Part shown: one piece after another, positions 1-9,883 of the stretch
Layout of the letters: the number at the start of each line of letters is the position of its first letter
Numbering within the stretch: the stretch's first letter is position 1
NCBI GenBank assembly: GCA_963805625.1
Contig: CAWDVE010000022.1
Span: forward strand, 15,194 to 79,193
DNA length: 64,000 bases
Reading direction: 5' to 3'
Source of the DNA: an uncultured Candidatus Rokubacteria bacterium
GTDB lineage: Bacteria; Methylomirabilota; Methylomirabilia; Rokubacteriales; DASRDR01
The notes under the pieces: generated by a model
What the model was told of the DNA's origin: nothing
Seen by the model: the letters and a program-made list of their open reading frames with translations, nothing else
Databases searched by the model: none
Program-made: the position numbers and the translations under genes

Positions 1-489
1 GGTCGGCGCCGGGCTGATCATCGCCGGGTTGTAGAGGACGACCTTGCCGCTGTAGATGTGGCCGACGGAGTACTTGGTCTTCATCGGCGCGAGGAGGTGC
101 TTCGAATTCGGGATCTTCCCGTAGTCGAGCTCCTCGAGGACGCCGGCCTGCCACATCTCGTAGGAGCCGGCCGCGGAGAGGGCCTGGAGGTCCGTCGTGC
201 CCCGCGGGAGCCGCTTCTCGGCGACGAGCTTCGCGCGGCGCTGGGAGTCCCCGGCGATGTCCTGGACGACCTCGATCCCCTTGGGCTTCAGGATCGGGGT
301 CTCGACGTTCTGCGTGAGGAGCTTCGCGTAGTCGCCGCCCCAGGTGCCGACGACCATCTTGCCGTCGGCGGCCGCGTGGCGGGGCGGGAGGCCGCCGAGC
401 GCGGCGCCGGCCGCGACGCCCAGGCCCCGGACGAAGGTCCGGCGGGAGAGCGAATCCGGAGTGCGGCGATCGGATGCAACGTGGCGCAT
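1..489 (-). CDS. ABC transporter substrate-binding protein, PotD/PotF-like, Tat signal (runs off window)
   Basis: Manual translation MRHVASDRRTPDSLSRRTFVRG...MVVGTWGGDY...; twin-arginine motif, GGAGG RBS upstream, follows ABC ATPase gene. Confidence 0.8.
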   Translation of the reverse strand, partial: MRHVASDRRTPDSLSRRTFVRGLGVAAGAALGGLPPRHAAADGKMVVGTWGGDYAKLLTQNVETPILKPKGIEVVQDIAGDSQRRAKLVAEKRLPRGTTDLQALSAAGSYEMWQAGVLEELDYGKIPNSKHLLAPMKTKYSVGHIYSGKVVLYNPAMISPAPT

Positions 490-539
490 GGCTGAATCCT
501 CCTTCATGAGGGTTGCCGTGGTGGTCGGGGGGCGCAGGG

Positions 540-1610
540 TCATGCCTCGTCAGGGAGAACGAGCCCGGCCTCCGGCGGCCAGGTCAGGTGGACGGTCTCG
601 CCGGGGCGGAACACCCGGGCGCCCGCGGCCCCGGTGTTGGGCGCGTGGACGCGCACCAGATCGCCCGAGTGGAGGCGGACGTAGTACTCGACGACGGCGC
701 CGAGGTAGGAGACGAGCTCGACGGTGCCGGGCAGCGTGTTCCCGGCCCCGAGCCGGGGCCCCGCGGCGATCGTGACGCGCTCGGGCCGGAGCGCCAGGGT
801 GTGCCGGGCGCCGTCCGGCGTCCCGTTCGCCACCTGGAGCGCGAGGCCTCCGTCGGTCTCGAACCGGCCCGAGGCGGCGAGCCGGCCGGGGAAGAAGTTC
901 GTCCGCCCGACGAAGCCGGCGACAAAGCGGTTCACCGGCAGGTCGTAGAGCTCCTGCTGGGTTCCGATCTGCTGGATCACGCCGTTCGACATCACGACCA
1001 GGCGGTCGGCCATGGTCAGCGCCTCCTCTTGGTCGTGCGTGACCATCAGGGTCGTGAGCCCGAGGGTGCGCTGGAGCTGGCGGATCTCGACCCGCACCTC
1101 CTCGCGGAGCTTGGCGTCGAGATTCGAGAGCGGCTCGTCGAGGAGGAGCAGCTCCGGCTCGATGACGAGCGCGCGGGCGAGCGCCACGCGCTGCTGCTGG
1201 CCGCCCGACAGCTCGCGCGGGAGGCGGTCCCCGAGCCCCTCGAGGCGGACCAGCCGGAGCGCCTCGGTGACCTTCTCCCGGATGGCGGCGGCCGCGAGGC
1301 CGCGCATCTCGAGCCCGAAGGCGACGTTCTGGGCGGCCGTGAGGTGGGGGAAGAGGGCGTAACCCTGGAAGACGAGCCCGGTGTTCCGCCGGTAGGGCGG
1401 GAGCGCGGTGATGTCACGGTCGCCGAGCCGGACGCGGCCCGCCGTCGGCTCGACGAACCCACCGATCATGCGGAGGGTCGTCGTCTTGCCGCAGCCGCTG
1501 GGCCCGAGGAGGACGACCAGCTCGCCCTGCTCGATCGCCAGCGAGACGTCGCGGACGACCCAGTGCTCGTCGTAGCGCTTCGACAGCCCCTCGAGGACGA
1601 GCCGCGACAC
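540..1610 (-). CDS. ABC transporter ATP-binding protein, PotA-like
   Basis: Walker A GPSGCGKTT, LSGGQQQR signature, LLLLDEPLSNLD, TOBE-like C-terminus; GTG start inferred. Confidence 0.92.
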   Translation of the reverse strand: MSRLVLEGLSKRYDEHWVVRDVSLAIEQGELVVLLGPSGCGKTTTLRMIGGFVEPTAGRVRLGDRDITALPPYRRNTGLVFQGYALFPHLTAAQNVAFGLEMRGLAAAAIREKVTEALRLVRLEGLGDRLPRELSGGQQQRVALARALVIEPELLLLDEPLSNLDAKLREEVRVEIRQLQRTLGLTTLMVTHDQEEALTMADRLVVMSNGVIQQIGTQQELYDLPVNRFVAGFVGRTNFFPGRLAASGRFETDGGLALQVANGTPDGARHTLALRPERVTIAAGPRLGAGNTLPGTVELVSYLGAVVEYYVRLHSGDLVRVHAPNTGAAGARVFRPGETVHLTWPPEAGLVLPDEA

Positions 1611-1615
1611 GGCGG

Positions 1616-2440
1616 TCAGAGCACCGTGGCCAGCCGGACGTAGCGGTCCGTCAGGACCATGCCGGCGGCGACGATCAGGATCTGGAGGAAGGACACCGCC
1701 GCGATGACGGGATCGATGCGCCACTCGAGGTACTGGAGGATCGCGATCGGCAGGGTGGTGCGTCCCGGGCCCACCAGGAACAGCGACATCTCGAGGTTCC
1801 CGAAGGAGATGATGAAGCCGAACAGGGCGGCGGCGACCAGGCCCGGCCGGATGAGTGGGAGCGTGATGCGGCGGAACGTCGCCCACGGGGTCGCCCCCAG
1901 CGAGAGCGCCGCCTCCTCGACGGAGCGGTCCAACCCCGCGAGGCTGGCGGTGACCAGGCGGACGGTCCACGGGATCGTGATGAGGACGTGGGCGAGGACG
2001 AGGCCCGGGAGCGACGCCACGAGGGGGAGCGTCGTCAGGATCTCGGCCTCGACCTGGAAGACGTAGATCGCCGTGCCGGCGACGATCCCCGGCACCACCA
2101 GCGGGAGCAGGAGGAGCGTGTTGAGCGTCTCCCGGCCGCGGAAGCGGTGGCGCGCGAGCGCGAGGCTCGCCGGCACCCCGATCCCGAGCCCCGCCAGCAT
2201 GGCAAAGACCCCCACCTGGAGGCTCATCAGGAACCCGTCGACGAAGTTCCGCTGGTCGAGGATGGCCCGGAACCAGCGGAGGGTGTAGCCCTCCGGCGGA
2301 AAGGAGACGACCGCGTTCCGGAAGAAGGCCAGCCAGGAGATCAGGACGAGCGGCAGGAGGATGTAGCCGAGGGCGAGGCCTGCCGCGGCACGAAGGACGA
2401 GTCGGCCCGCGGTCGATCGGGTCGCGGGCTCGGCCGTCAT
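1616..2440 (-). CDS. ABC transporter permease, PotC-like
   Basis: C-terminal part of ORF 1616..3964 from MTAEPAT; EAA motif EEAALSLGA; hydrophobic helices. Confidence 0.9.
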   Translation of the reverse strand: MTAEPATRSTAGRLVLRAAAGLALGYILLPLVLISWLAFFRNAVVSFPPEGYTLRWFRAILDQRNFVDGFLMSLQVGVFAMLAGLGIGVPASLALARHRFRGRETLNTLLLLPLVVPGIVAGTAIYVFQVEAEILTTLPLVASLPGLVLAHVLITIPWTVRLVTASLAGLDRSVEEAALSLGATPWATFRRITLPLIRPGLVAAALFGFIISFGNLEMSLFLVGPGRTTLPIAILQYLEWRIDPVIAAVSFLQILIVAAGMVLTDRYVRLATVL

Positions 2441-3678
2441 CCGGCGCCCAGGCGGTTTCGGTGGAAGCGCCCGCCCTGCATCACCACCGGAATGTGCGCG
2501 CCCTGGTCCTGGAAGACACTCAGGTCCTTCAGCGGGTTGCCGTCGACGACCAGGAGATCGGCGAGAGCACCCGGGGCGATCATCCCGAGCTCGCCCGCGC
2601 GGCCGAGGAGCTCGGCCCCGACGATCGTCGCCGAGTGGATGATCTCGCGCGGGCTGAGCGCCTCGCCCCGCAGGAGTAACTCCTTCGACTGGTCCGGTTG
2701 GAGCTGGCCGAGGAGATCCGACCCGAAGGCCATGCGGACGCCCGCCCGCTTGGCGAGCTCGAGCGAGCGGAGACCCGCCTCCAGGACGACCTTGTTCTTC
2801 TCGAGGCTCTCGGGACCCATGCCGAACTCGGCCGCGTGGCGGTTGATCGCGTCGTAGGCGACGAGCGTGGGGACCAGGAACGCCTCCTTCTTGGCCATGA
2901 GCTTTGCCGTGGGCGCGTCGATTAGGTTCCCATGCTCGATCACCCGCACCCCGCACTCGACCGCGCGGGCGATCGCGTTCGCCGGGTAGGAGTGAGCGCA
3001 GACGTAGCGCTTGAAGGCGGTGGCCTCCTCGACAGCAGCGCGGATCTCGTCGGTGGAGTACTGGAGGCTGTCGAGCGGGTCGTAGGGTGACGCCACGCCG
3101 CCCGACACCATGATCTTGATGTGATCGGCGCCCTGACGGAGCTGCTCGCGGACGGCCCGCCGCACCTCGGTCACGCCGTCGGCGATCGCCATGGTGAACG
3201 CCATGGCATTCTCCGTGGGACAGCCGCCCCCGAGGTCGGTCCGCCGGCGCGGGTCGCTGTGACCGCTGGTCTGGCCGATCGCGCGTCCCGCGATGAACAG
3301 GCGGGGCCCGGGGAGATACCCGCGCTCGACCGCCTCCCGGATGCCCCAGTCCGCGCCGCCCGTGTCGCGCACCGTCGTGAAGCCGCGGTCCAGCATGGCG
3401 CGCATGAGGGGGGCCGCCCGCGCCGTGAGGAGGGTGAGGGGCACGGCCTCGAGCGCCCGGATGTTGACCTCCGGGAGGAACACGTGGACGTGGCAGTCGA
3501 TCAGGCCCGGCATGAGGGTCTGACCGCCCACGTCGACGACGGTCGCACCGGACGTGCGGATCGGCCGGGGCGACACCTCCCGGATCCGCGAGCCCTCGAC
3601 GAGGACGGCGACACCGTCCTGGAGATCGGCCTTCGTCGGATCGAGGAGCTTCGCGTTCTTGAACAGGGTCAGGGGCAT
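2437..3678 (-). CDS. Metal-dependent amidohydrolase (prolidase-like)
   Basis: PGLIDCHVH, GFTTVRDTGG, IKIMVSGG, IEHG, FGSD, G..ADLLVVDGNP. Confidence 0.92.
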   Translation of the reverse strand: MPLTLFKNAKLLDPTKADLQDGVAVLVEGSRIREVSPRPIRTSGATVVDVGGQTLMPGLIDCHVHVFLPEVNIRALEAVPLTLLTARAAPLMRAMLDRGFTTVRDTGGADWGIREAVERGYLPGPRLFIAGRAIGQTSGHSDPRRRTDLGGGCPTENAMAFTMAIADGVTEVRRAVREQLRQGADHIKIMVSGGVASPYDPLDSLQYSTDEIRAAVEEATAFKRYVCAHSYPANAIARAVECGVRVIEHGNLIDAPTAKLMAKKEAFLVPTLVAYDAINRHAAEFGMGPESLEKNKVVLEAGLRSLELAKRAGVRMAFGSDLLGQLQPDQSKELLLRGEALSPREIIHSATIVGAELLGRAGELGMIAPGALADLLVVDGNPLKDLSVFQDQGAHIPVVMQGGRFHRNRLGAG

Positions 3679-3893
3679 CGGACGGCTCCTTTCGGGTCGA
3701 TGGCCGGCCCGCGCGACCCGGGCACGCCGGCATTGTCCGCCAGGGACGTTCCGGGGCGCAACGGGCGGTGGATCGCGGCCGTGGCGTGGCCCGCGAGGCC
3801 CTTGACAGTGTCCAGCGCCCCGCGGACACTCGGCGCAACCGCCGGCAGGACACGCGGCGCGACGCCGACCCGCGAGAGGAGCCGCAAGACCGG

Positions 3894-5051
3894 ATGTCCA
3901 GGATCGCGGGTCCCCTCACGATTTCGATGTTCCTCGGGAGCTTCGCCTGGTCGTTCGCCTTCATCAGCCTGCCCTTCTACATCCAGTCGATCAGCCCCTA
4001 CGACCCCGCGACGACGCTTCGCTGGGCCGGATGGATCCTCGGCGTCTCGTCGCTAGTCACCGTGCTGACCAGCCCCGCGTGGGGCCGCGTGGGAGAGCGC
4101 GGCGATCCCCGGGCCCAGTACCTCCTGGTCCAGGTCTTCCAGGGGGTGGCGTTCATGGGGATGGCGATTGCCCACACGCTCCCGCAGCTCCTCGTCGCCC
4201 GGCTCATCCTGGGCGCGATGGGCGCGGCGTCGACGCTCGCGTTCATCATCGCGGGCCGGCGCTCCGATCCCGCGGAGGTGCGCCGTGAGGTGGCGGCGGT
4301 GCAGCTCGCGATGACCATGGGGCAGGTGCTGGGCCCGCTGGGCGGCGCGATGGCCGCGGCGCGCGTCGGGTTCCGGCCGTCGTTCGTGCTCGGCGGCGTT
4401 ATCCTGCTCGGGTCGGCGGCATTCGTGCACTGGGGGGTGCGCCTCCCGGCTCACCTGGAGCGCCCGCGAGTCCCGCCGGGGCCGGTGCGGGTGCTCGACC
4501 TCGTCACGCCGGTGGCGCTCGTCCTGGCGGTGTCGAACCAGCTCTTCTTCCTCACGGCGGTGCTGCCCGAGGTCCTGCCCGGCCTGGGCGTGGGGCCCGA
4601 GCGCGTGGTGGAGGTTGGTGGCCTTCTGGTCTTCGTCTCGGCCGTGGCCGCCGGCCTGGGGGCGCTCGCGACGCCGCGTCTCGCCGTGCTGCTGCCGGAG
4701 GGGCCGCTGATCGCGGTCCTGCTGGTGTCCTCCGGAATCCTGATGGGGACGATGGCGCTCCCGCACAGCGCGTGGGGCTACGCAGCCGTCCGGTTCCTCC
4801 AGGTCCTGTGCGCCGCCCCGATCTTCCCGCTCGTGGTGGCCCGGACCGCGCAGCATGGGAGCGGCGGCGCGATCGGGGTCATCAACTCGGCCCGGATCGG
4901 CGGCTCGTTCATCGGGCCCGTGCTTGCCACCTCGATTCTCTCGGTGTCGTCCCCGGCGGTGCTCTACGTGACGCTCGGCCTCGCCTGCCTGGCTTGCGTG
5001 CCTCTCGCCCTGGGACAGTGGGCCCGGCCCGGCGGCCGTAGAGGCGTGTAG
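3894..5051 (+). CDS. MFS transporter
   Basis: ~12 hydrophobic segments; WGRVGER motif-A-like; start at MSRIAG inferred. Confidence 0.85.
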   Translation: MSRIAGPLTISMFLGSFAWSFAFISLPFYIQSISPYDPATTLRWAGWILGVSSLVTVLTSPAWGRVGERGDPRAQYLLVQVFQGVAFMGMAIAHTLPQLLVARLILGAMGAASTLAFIIAGRRSDPAEVRREVAAVQLAMTMGQVLGPLGGAMAAARVGFRPSFVLGGVILLGSAAFVHWGVRLPAHLERPRVPPGPVRVLDLVTPVALVLAVSNQLFFLTAVLPEVLPGLGVGPERVVEVGGLLVFVSAVAAGLGALATPRLAVLLPEGPLIAVLLVSSGILMGTMALPHSAWGYAAVRFLQVLCAAPIFPLVVARTAQHGSGGAIGVINSARIGGSFIGPVLATSILSVSSPAVLYVTLGLACLACVPLALGQWARPGGRRGV

Positions 5052-5083
5052 AAAGCCTCACTGTCTGTGCGGCGCGGAGTCTT

Positions 5084-8000
5084 CTAGGAGGCGAAGGCCT
5101 CGCGGCACACTGGCGAGGCCTTGAAGCCGCGGAGCAGGCCGGGGGCGCCGGTCAGCCCGGCGGCCACCTTCTCGAGGAGACGCCGTGCCTCGGCGCGCGC
5201 CGCGCGCGCCTCGACCTCGCGCCCGGTCGCGTCGAGCAGCCGCGCGAGCGCGAGGCTCGCGCGCCAGCCGGCCGGAACCGCACCGAGAGCCGCCGCCTCG
5301 GCCTTCACCGCCCGGATCCGTGCCTCGCCCTCGTCGCGACGCCCCAAGGCGACGAGCGCCTCGCCCTCAGCTCGACGCGCATCGAGCATGTACAGGGCGA
5401 ACTGGGAGGCGATGGACTCAAGGCGCGCGAGGTGGCCGAGCGCTTCGGCGGGCTGCCCAGTCCGGAGCGCGAGCTCCGTGAGTGCGACACCGGGCCGCAC
5501 GGTGAACTGCACGGCTTCGTGGGCGGCTTGAATCGCTTCGGCGAGGTGGCGGGCGCCGTCGGCGATCTCGCCCGCGGCGACCAGGTCCTGGCCGAGCTCG
5601 CCCAACGCGTCGGCGAGCCACAGTGTGGTGCGAAGCTCGCGCGCGATCCCCAGCATCTCCTCATGGCACGCTCGCGCCCCGGCGATGTCGCCGCAGTTCC
5701 GGCGCACGCGCCCGAGCACCGAGAGCGCCGCGGCCGTCCACTCGCGATGGCCCAGCTCCCGCGCGATCGCCAGCGCCGTCTCGCCCTCGGCGAAGGCGCG
5801 GCCCCACTCGCCGTACGGTTCGACCAGCTCCCCGCCGGCGGCGTGGGCATATGCCTCCTGTGCCCTGGCGCCGATCGCTCGCGCGGCCTCGAGCGCTCGA
5901 AGAATGCCCGGTTCGCCTTCGGCGCGCCGGCCGCGGTAGAGGAGCGCCCAGGCCAGGTTCGAGAGGCAGGAGGCCTCGGTCTGCCGATCGCCCGCCTCGA
6001 CCAGGCGGGGGAGGGCTTCCCGAGCGTGCGCGACGGACGCGTCCAGCTCTCCGACGATCATGAGCGCCATGGCGAGCGCGTCGAGGACGCGTCCCTCTCC
6101 GCCCACGTCCCCGGCCTCCCGGAAGAGGCCGAGAGCGCGGGTCAGCTCGTGCCGGCTGGCCGTCATGTGTGCCAGGTTGAGCTCCATGAGCCCGACACGC
6201 AGGCGTGCCTCGGCGGAGACGCGGCGCGCATCGGGAGTGTCGCCCGCCCGCTCGGCGACCGCGACCGCCTCGCGGCTCAAGGACAGGCCCCGCTCGTAGT
6301 CCTTGTGGCCTCCCCACAGGCCGGCCAGGGTGCCGAGGATCCGCGCCTCGGCGAGCGGGCGTGGCGGCTCCTTCGCCAGCCCGAGAGCTGCCTCGTAGTC
6401 GACTCGGGCTCGCTCGAAGTCCCCGAGGACCGCGTGGACGTCCGCGCGCCCCTCGTGGAGCAGGAGCCGAGTCGCCGCCGGAAGCCCCCCGCGCTGGGCC
6501 GCCGTGATGGCCTGGTCGTAGCGGGCGCGGGCCTCCCGGTTCGCGAACACGGCGCGGGCGGCCTCGGCGGCCCGGTGCGCATGTGTCGCGGCAGGCCCCC
6601 ATGCCTCGGCCTCCCCGTAGTGATGGGCGAGTCGGGGCGCGAGCTCGGCGAGGCGCTCCGGGTGGAGGCGCTCGAGCGCCTCGCCGGCCCGCCGGTGGAG
6701 CTCGCGCCGCCGCGACGGGAGGAGTGTCGCCTCAGCCACATCTTGCGTGAGCGCGTGCTTGAAGGCGTATACGACCTCCTCGCCGGTCGTGTGCTCGAAG
6801 AGGAACTCCTGGCGCGCGAGCTCACGGAGGTGCGGCTCGAGCGGCCCCGGGCCGTCCCAGATCGCCGCGAGGAGGTGCGGGGCGAACTCCCGCCCCAGCA
6901 CCGAGGCCGTCTGGAGCACGCGCTTCGGCTCCTCGGCCAGCCGGTCGATGCGCGCGGTGAGGACACCGTGCACGGTGTCCGGGACCGGGAGCCCTGCCGC
7001 GAGACCCTGGTCGCCGACCGCCCGGGCCAGCTCCTCGAGGAAGAACGGGTTGCCCTCGGCCTTGTCGAGGATCAGCTGCGCGAGCGGGTCCCCGGAGTCC
7101 GTGGCGGGCAGGAGCGACCGGACGATGGAGAGGCTCTCGTCCACCGCAAGTCGCCGGAGCGAGAGCTGGGTCGCGAACGACCGATCGCTCCAGGGCGGCC
7201 GGTAGCCGGGGCGATAGGTGGCGATCAGCAGGACCGGGGCCCCCACCAGGCTCTCGGCGAGGAACGTGAAGTACTCCTCGGAGGTGCGGTCCACCCAGTG
7301 GAGATCCTCGACCTCGAGGAGGAGGGGCCGCCGGCGACTCCCGCGCAAGCACATCTGCCGGAGGGTCTCGAAGGTCCGCGCCTTGATGACCTCGGGGCCG
7401 AGGGCCTCGAGCGGCCCGCCGACGTCCCCGCCACCGAGGAGACGCACCAGGTAGGGCGTCCCCTCGCCGGGGTCCATGCCCACCTCCTGAAGCCCGAAGC
7501 GTACCTTCTCGGCGATCGCCTCGGGCGGGTCGGCCTCGGCGAGGCCGCAGTTGGCGCGCACGATGTCCACCACGGGCCCGTAGGGGATGGCCGTCCCGTA
7601 GGAGAGACACCGTCCCTGGAGGTAGGTGACGCGCCGCCCGGCGAGGCGGTGCCGGAATTCGAGGAGGAGCCGTGACTTCCCGACCCCGGGCTCGCCGACG
7701 ATCCCGACGGCCTGGCCCCGGCCTTCCTCGACGGCGGCGAAGAGATCCAGCAGGCCCCCGAGCTCCCGGTCGCGGCCGACGAAGTGGCTCAGCCCGTGGG
7801 GGCCCAAGCCCTCCAGCGGCGAGCGGCGCGGCCCCACACCGAGGAGTCGAACCACGACGACCGGCTCGCTCCGGCCCTTGACCTGAACCGGTCCCACGCG
7901 CTCGCCGCGGACGTAGCCCTCGACGAGACGCCACGTCGCCTCGCTCGCGAGGATCGCGCCCGGCTCGGCCAGCTGCTGAAGGCGAGCCGCCAGGTGGGTG

Positions 8001-8644
8001 GTGTCGCCGACCGCCGTGTAGTCCATGCGCAGGTTGTCGCCGATCGCGCCCACGACCACGAAACCGGTGTGCAGACCCATCCGGACCGTCAGGGAGATCT
8101 CGATCCCGGGGGCGATGGCGACGGGGCGGTCGCGGAGCGCGCGGGCGACGCCGAGGGCGGCTAGCGCCGCGCGGCGCGCGTGATCCTCGTGGGCGAGGGG
8201 GGCGCCGAAGAGGGCCATGAAGCCGTCGCCGAGGAACTGGTTGACCGTGCCCTCATAGCGATGCACCTCGGCGAGGGCGGCCTCGAAGAATGCGTTCACG
8301 AGGACGTGCATCCCCTCCGCTCCGAGCCGCTCGGCCAGCGCCGTGGAGCCGACCAGGTCGCAGAAGAGCACAGTGACGGGCTTGCGCTCGCCTTCCAGCG
8401 CGCTTCTGGAGGTGAGGATCCGCTCGGCGAGGTGCCGCGGCGTGTAGGCGGCCGGCGCCGGCTCGGCCGGGGCGGCCCCTCCCGCTCCCGCGGCGGCGAC
8501 GGGGCGGCCGCACTCCGGGCAGAACTTCGCGGACTCGGGGAGCTCCGCCCCGCACGCGATGCAGGCGAGAGCGAGCCGCTGCCCGCACTCGAGACAGAAC
8601 TTCGCCCGCGCGGGATTCTCGTGCCTGCACCGCGGACAGAGCAT
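5084..8644 (-). CDS. Class III adenylate/guanylate cyclase with double zinc ribbon, AAA/STAND ATPase and TPR repeats
   Basis: CxxC ribbons, TVLFCDLVGST, FLGDG, GEPGVGKSRL, EDLHW, GNPFFLEE. Confidence 0.92.
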   Translation of the reverse strand: MLCPRCRHENPARAKFCLECGQRLALACIACGAELPESAKFCPECGRPVAAAGAGGAAPAEPAPAAYTPRHLAERILTSRSALEGERKPVTVLFCDLVGSTALAERLGAEGMHVLVNAFFEAALAEVHRYEGTVNQFLGDGFMALFGAPLAHEDHARRAALAALGVARALRDRPVAIAPGIEISLTVRMGLHTGFVVVGAIGDNLRMDYTAVGDTTHLAARLQQLAEPGAILASEATWRLVEGYVRGERVGPVQVKGRSEPVVVVRLLGVGPRRSPLEGLGPHGLSHFVGRDRELGGLLDLFAAVEEGRGQAVGIVGEPGVGKSRLLLEFRHRLAGRRVTYLQGRCLSYGTAIPYGPVVDIVRANCGLAEADPPEAIAEKVRFGLQEVGMDPGEGTPYLVRLLGGGDVGGPLEALGPEVIKARTFETLRQMCLRGSRRRPLLLEVEDLHWVDRTSEEYFTFLAESLVGAPVLLIATYRPGYRPPWSDRSFATQLSLRRLAVDESLSIVRSLLPATDSGDPLAQLILDKAEGNPFFLEELARAVGDQGLAAGLPVPDTVHGVLTARIDRLAEEPKRVLQTASVLGREFAPHLLAAIWDGPGPLEPHLRELARQEFLFEHTTGEEVVYAFKHALTQDVAEATLLPSRRRELHRRAGEALERLHPERLAELAPRLAHHYGEAEAWGPAATHAHRAAEAARAVFANREARARYDQAITAAQRGGLPAATRLLLHEGRADVHAVLGDFERARVDYEAALGLAKEPPRPLAEARILGTLAGLWGGHKDYERGLSLSREAVAVAERAGDTPDARRVSAEARLRVGLMELNLAHMTASRHELTRALGLFREAGDVGGEGRVLDALAMALMIVGELDASVAHAREALPRLVEAGDRQTEASCLSNLAWALLYRGRRAEGEPGILRALEAARAIGARAQEAYAHAAGGELVEPYGEWGRAFAEGETALAIARELGHREWTAAALSVLGRVRRNCGDIAGARACHEEMLGIARELRTTLWLADALGELGQDLVAAGEIADGARHLAEAIQAAHEAVQFTVRPGVALTELALRTGQPAEALGHLARLESIASQFALYMLDARRAEGEALVALGRRDEGEARIRAVKAEAAALGAVPAGWRASLALARLLDATGREVEARAARAEARRLLEKVAAGLTGAPGLLRGFKASPVCREAFAS

Positions 8645-8680
8645 CGGGGTTCCCCGGGAGGTTTCGGTTCTGAGCGGTCG

Positions 8681-9883
8681 CTACCCGGTCGTGACCAGCT
8701 GGCAGAACTGGCCGACCAGGTACGGATCGTGGAACGTGCCGGCGCGCGACCGCAGCACGTCCAGCGCGGCGGCTTGCGAGAGCGCGCGGCGGTACGGCCG
8801 GACCGTGCAGATCGCATCGTAGACGTCTGCGATCGCCGTGAGCTGGCTCGCGAGGGTCGGGGCGCGCGAGACGCGCACCACCGGGTAGTTGGGCTCCCCG
8901 TCGTACCGGAGGTGGTGCTCGAAGGCCACGAGGATCGAGAGGGGCGAGCTGTTGGCGAGGGCGCCGAGCTCCCAGGCGCCGAGTTCCGCATGGCTCGCCA
9001 TCGTCGCCCACTCGTCGCCGGAGAGCTTTCCCGCCTTGTTCAGGACGTCCAGGGGAACGCGGAGCTTGCCGACGTCGTGCAGCAGGGCCGCCACGCCGAT
9101 GGCGTGGAGGAGGGGACCTTCGAATCCGAAGCCGCGCGCCTGGGCCAGGACCAGCAGGGACACGTTGACCGAATGGACGAACGTGTATTCGTCGTGCGAC
9201 TTGAGCGGGACCGTGGGGAGGACGGCCTGAGTCGAGCGCGCCACGGCGTCCGCGAGGCCCCAGACCAGCTCCTCCACGGGATCGAGTTGCGTCACGCCCT
9301 CGTACCGGATGCGCGCGAACACCTCCCGCGCCATCTCGACGTGGGTCACCGACATGCCGCCCCGCCCTCCGTCGGGCGAAAGCTCCGACGGCTCAGGGGG
9401 CGCCCCCCCGGGAGCGGTGATCTCGACCTGGCCCACCACGACATGGGAGGTCGAGTCGGGCCGCTGGCCGGCCGCGAGCGCATCGACCAGGGCGCGGCAC
9501 TCGTCCTGGTCCAGGTCGCGCGCGAGCGTGAGCCGCGCGACGCCGCTCCGGCCGAGCGCGCGGATGAACGGCTGGAGGTAGAGCGCCCCGCTGCGAAGGG
9601 GCCGGCCGTCGACCACGATCTCGTCATCCAGCCGGAGGAAGGTGAGGGCATCCTGGCGGCGCTCGTCGCACGCCGCCACCACGCCGTCGCGGAGCTGCGC
9701 GAGCGTGCCGGTCACCGCCGGGTGCGCGGGTGGATAAAGCGCGCTGGTGGTGAGCGCCCCGGCCATCTGGGCGATCAACCGCTCGACTGCCGCTTGCCCG
9801 GGTGGCGCGCCCGGCTCGATCGCACCGCGCCCGGAGAGACCGCCGGCGGGCCCGGTCATCCGGCGCTCCGGAGGCGCTCGCAC
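8681..9883 (-). CDS. HD-GYP-type phosphohydrolase
   Basis: HDEYTFVHSVNV, LLHDVGK, EHHLRYDG..NYP, IADVYDA, RPYR; alternative start 9859. Confidence 0.88.
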   Translation of the reverse strand: MRAPPERRMTGPAGGLSGRGAIEPGAPPGQAAVERLIAQMAGALTTSALYPPAHPAVTGTLAQLRDGVVAACDERRQDALTFLRLDDEIVVDGRPLRSGALYLQPFIRALGRSGVARLTLARDLDQDECRALVDALAAGQRPDSTSHVVVGQVEITAPGGAPPEPSELSPDGGRGGMSVTHVEMAREVFARIRYEGVTQLDPVEELVWGLADAVARSTQAVLPTVPLKSHDEYTFVHSVNVSLLVLAQARGFGFEGPLLHAIGVAALLHDVGKLRVPLDVLNKAGKLSGDEWATMASHAELGAWELGALANSSPLSILVAFEHHLRYDGEPNYPVVRVSRAPTLASQLTAIADVYDAICTVRPYRRALSQAAALDVLRSRAGTFHDPYLVGQFCQLVTTG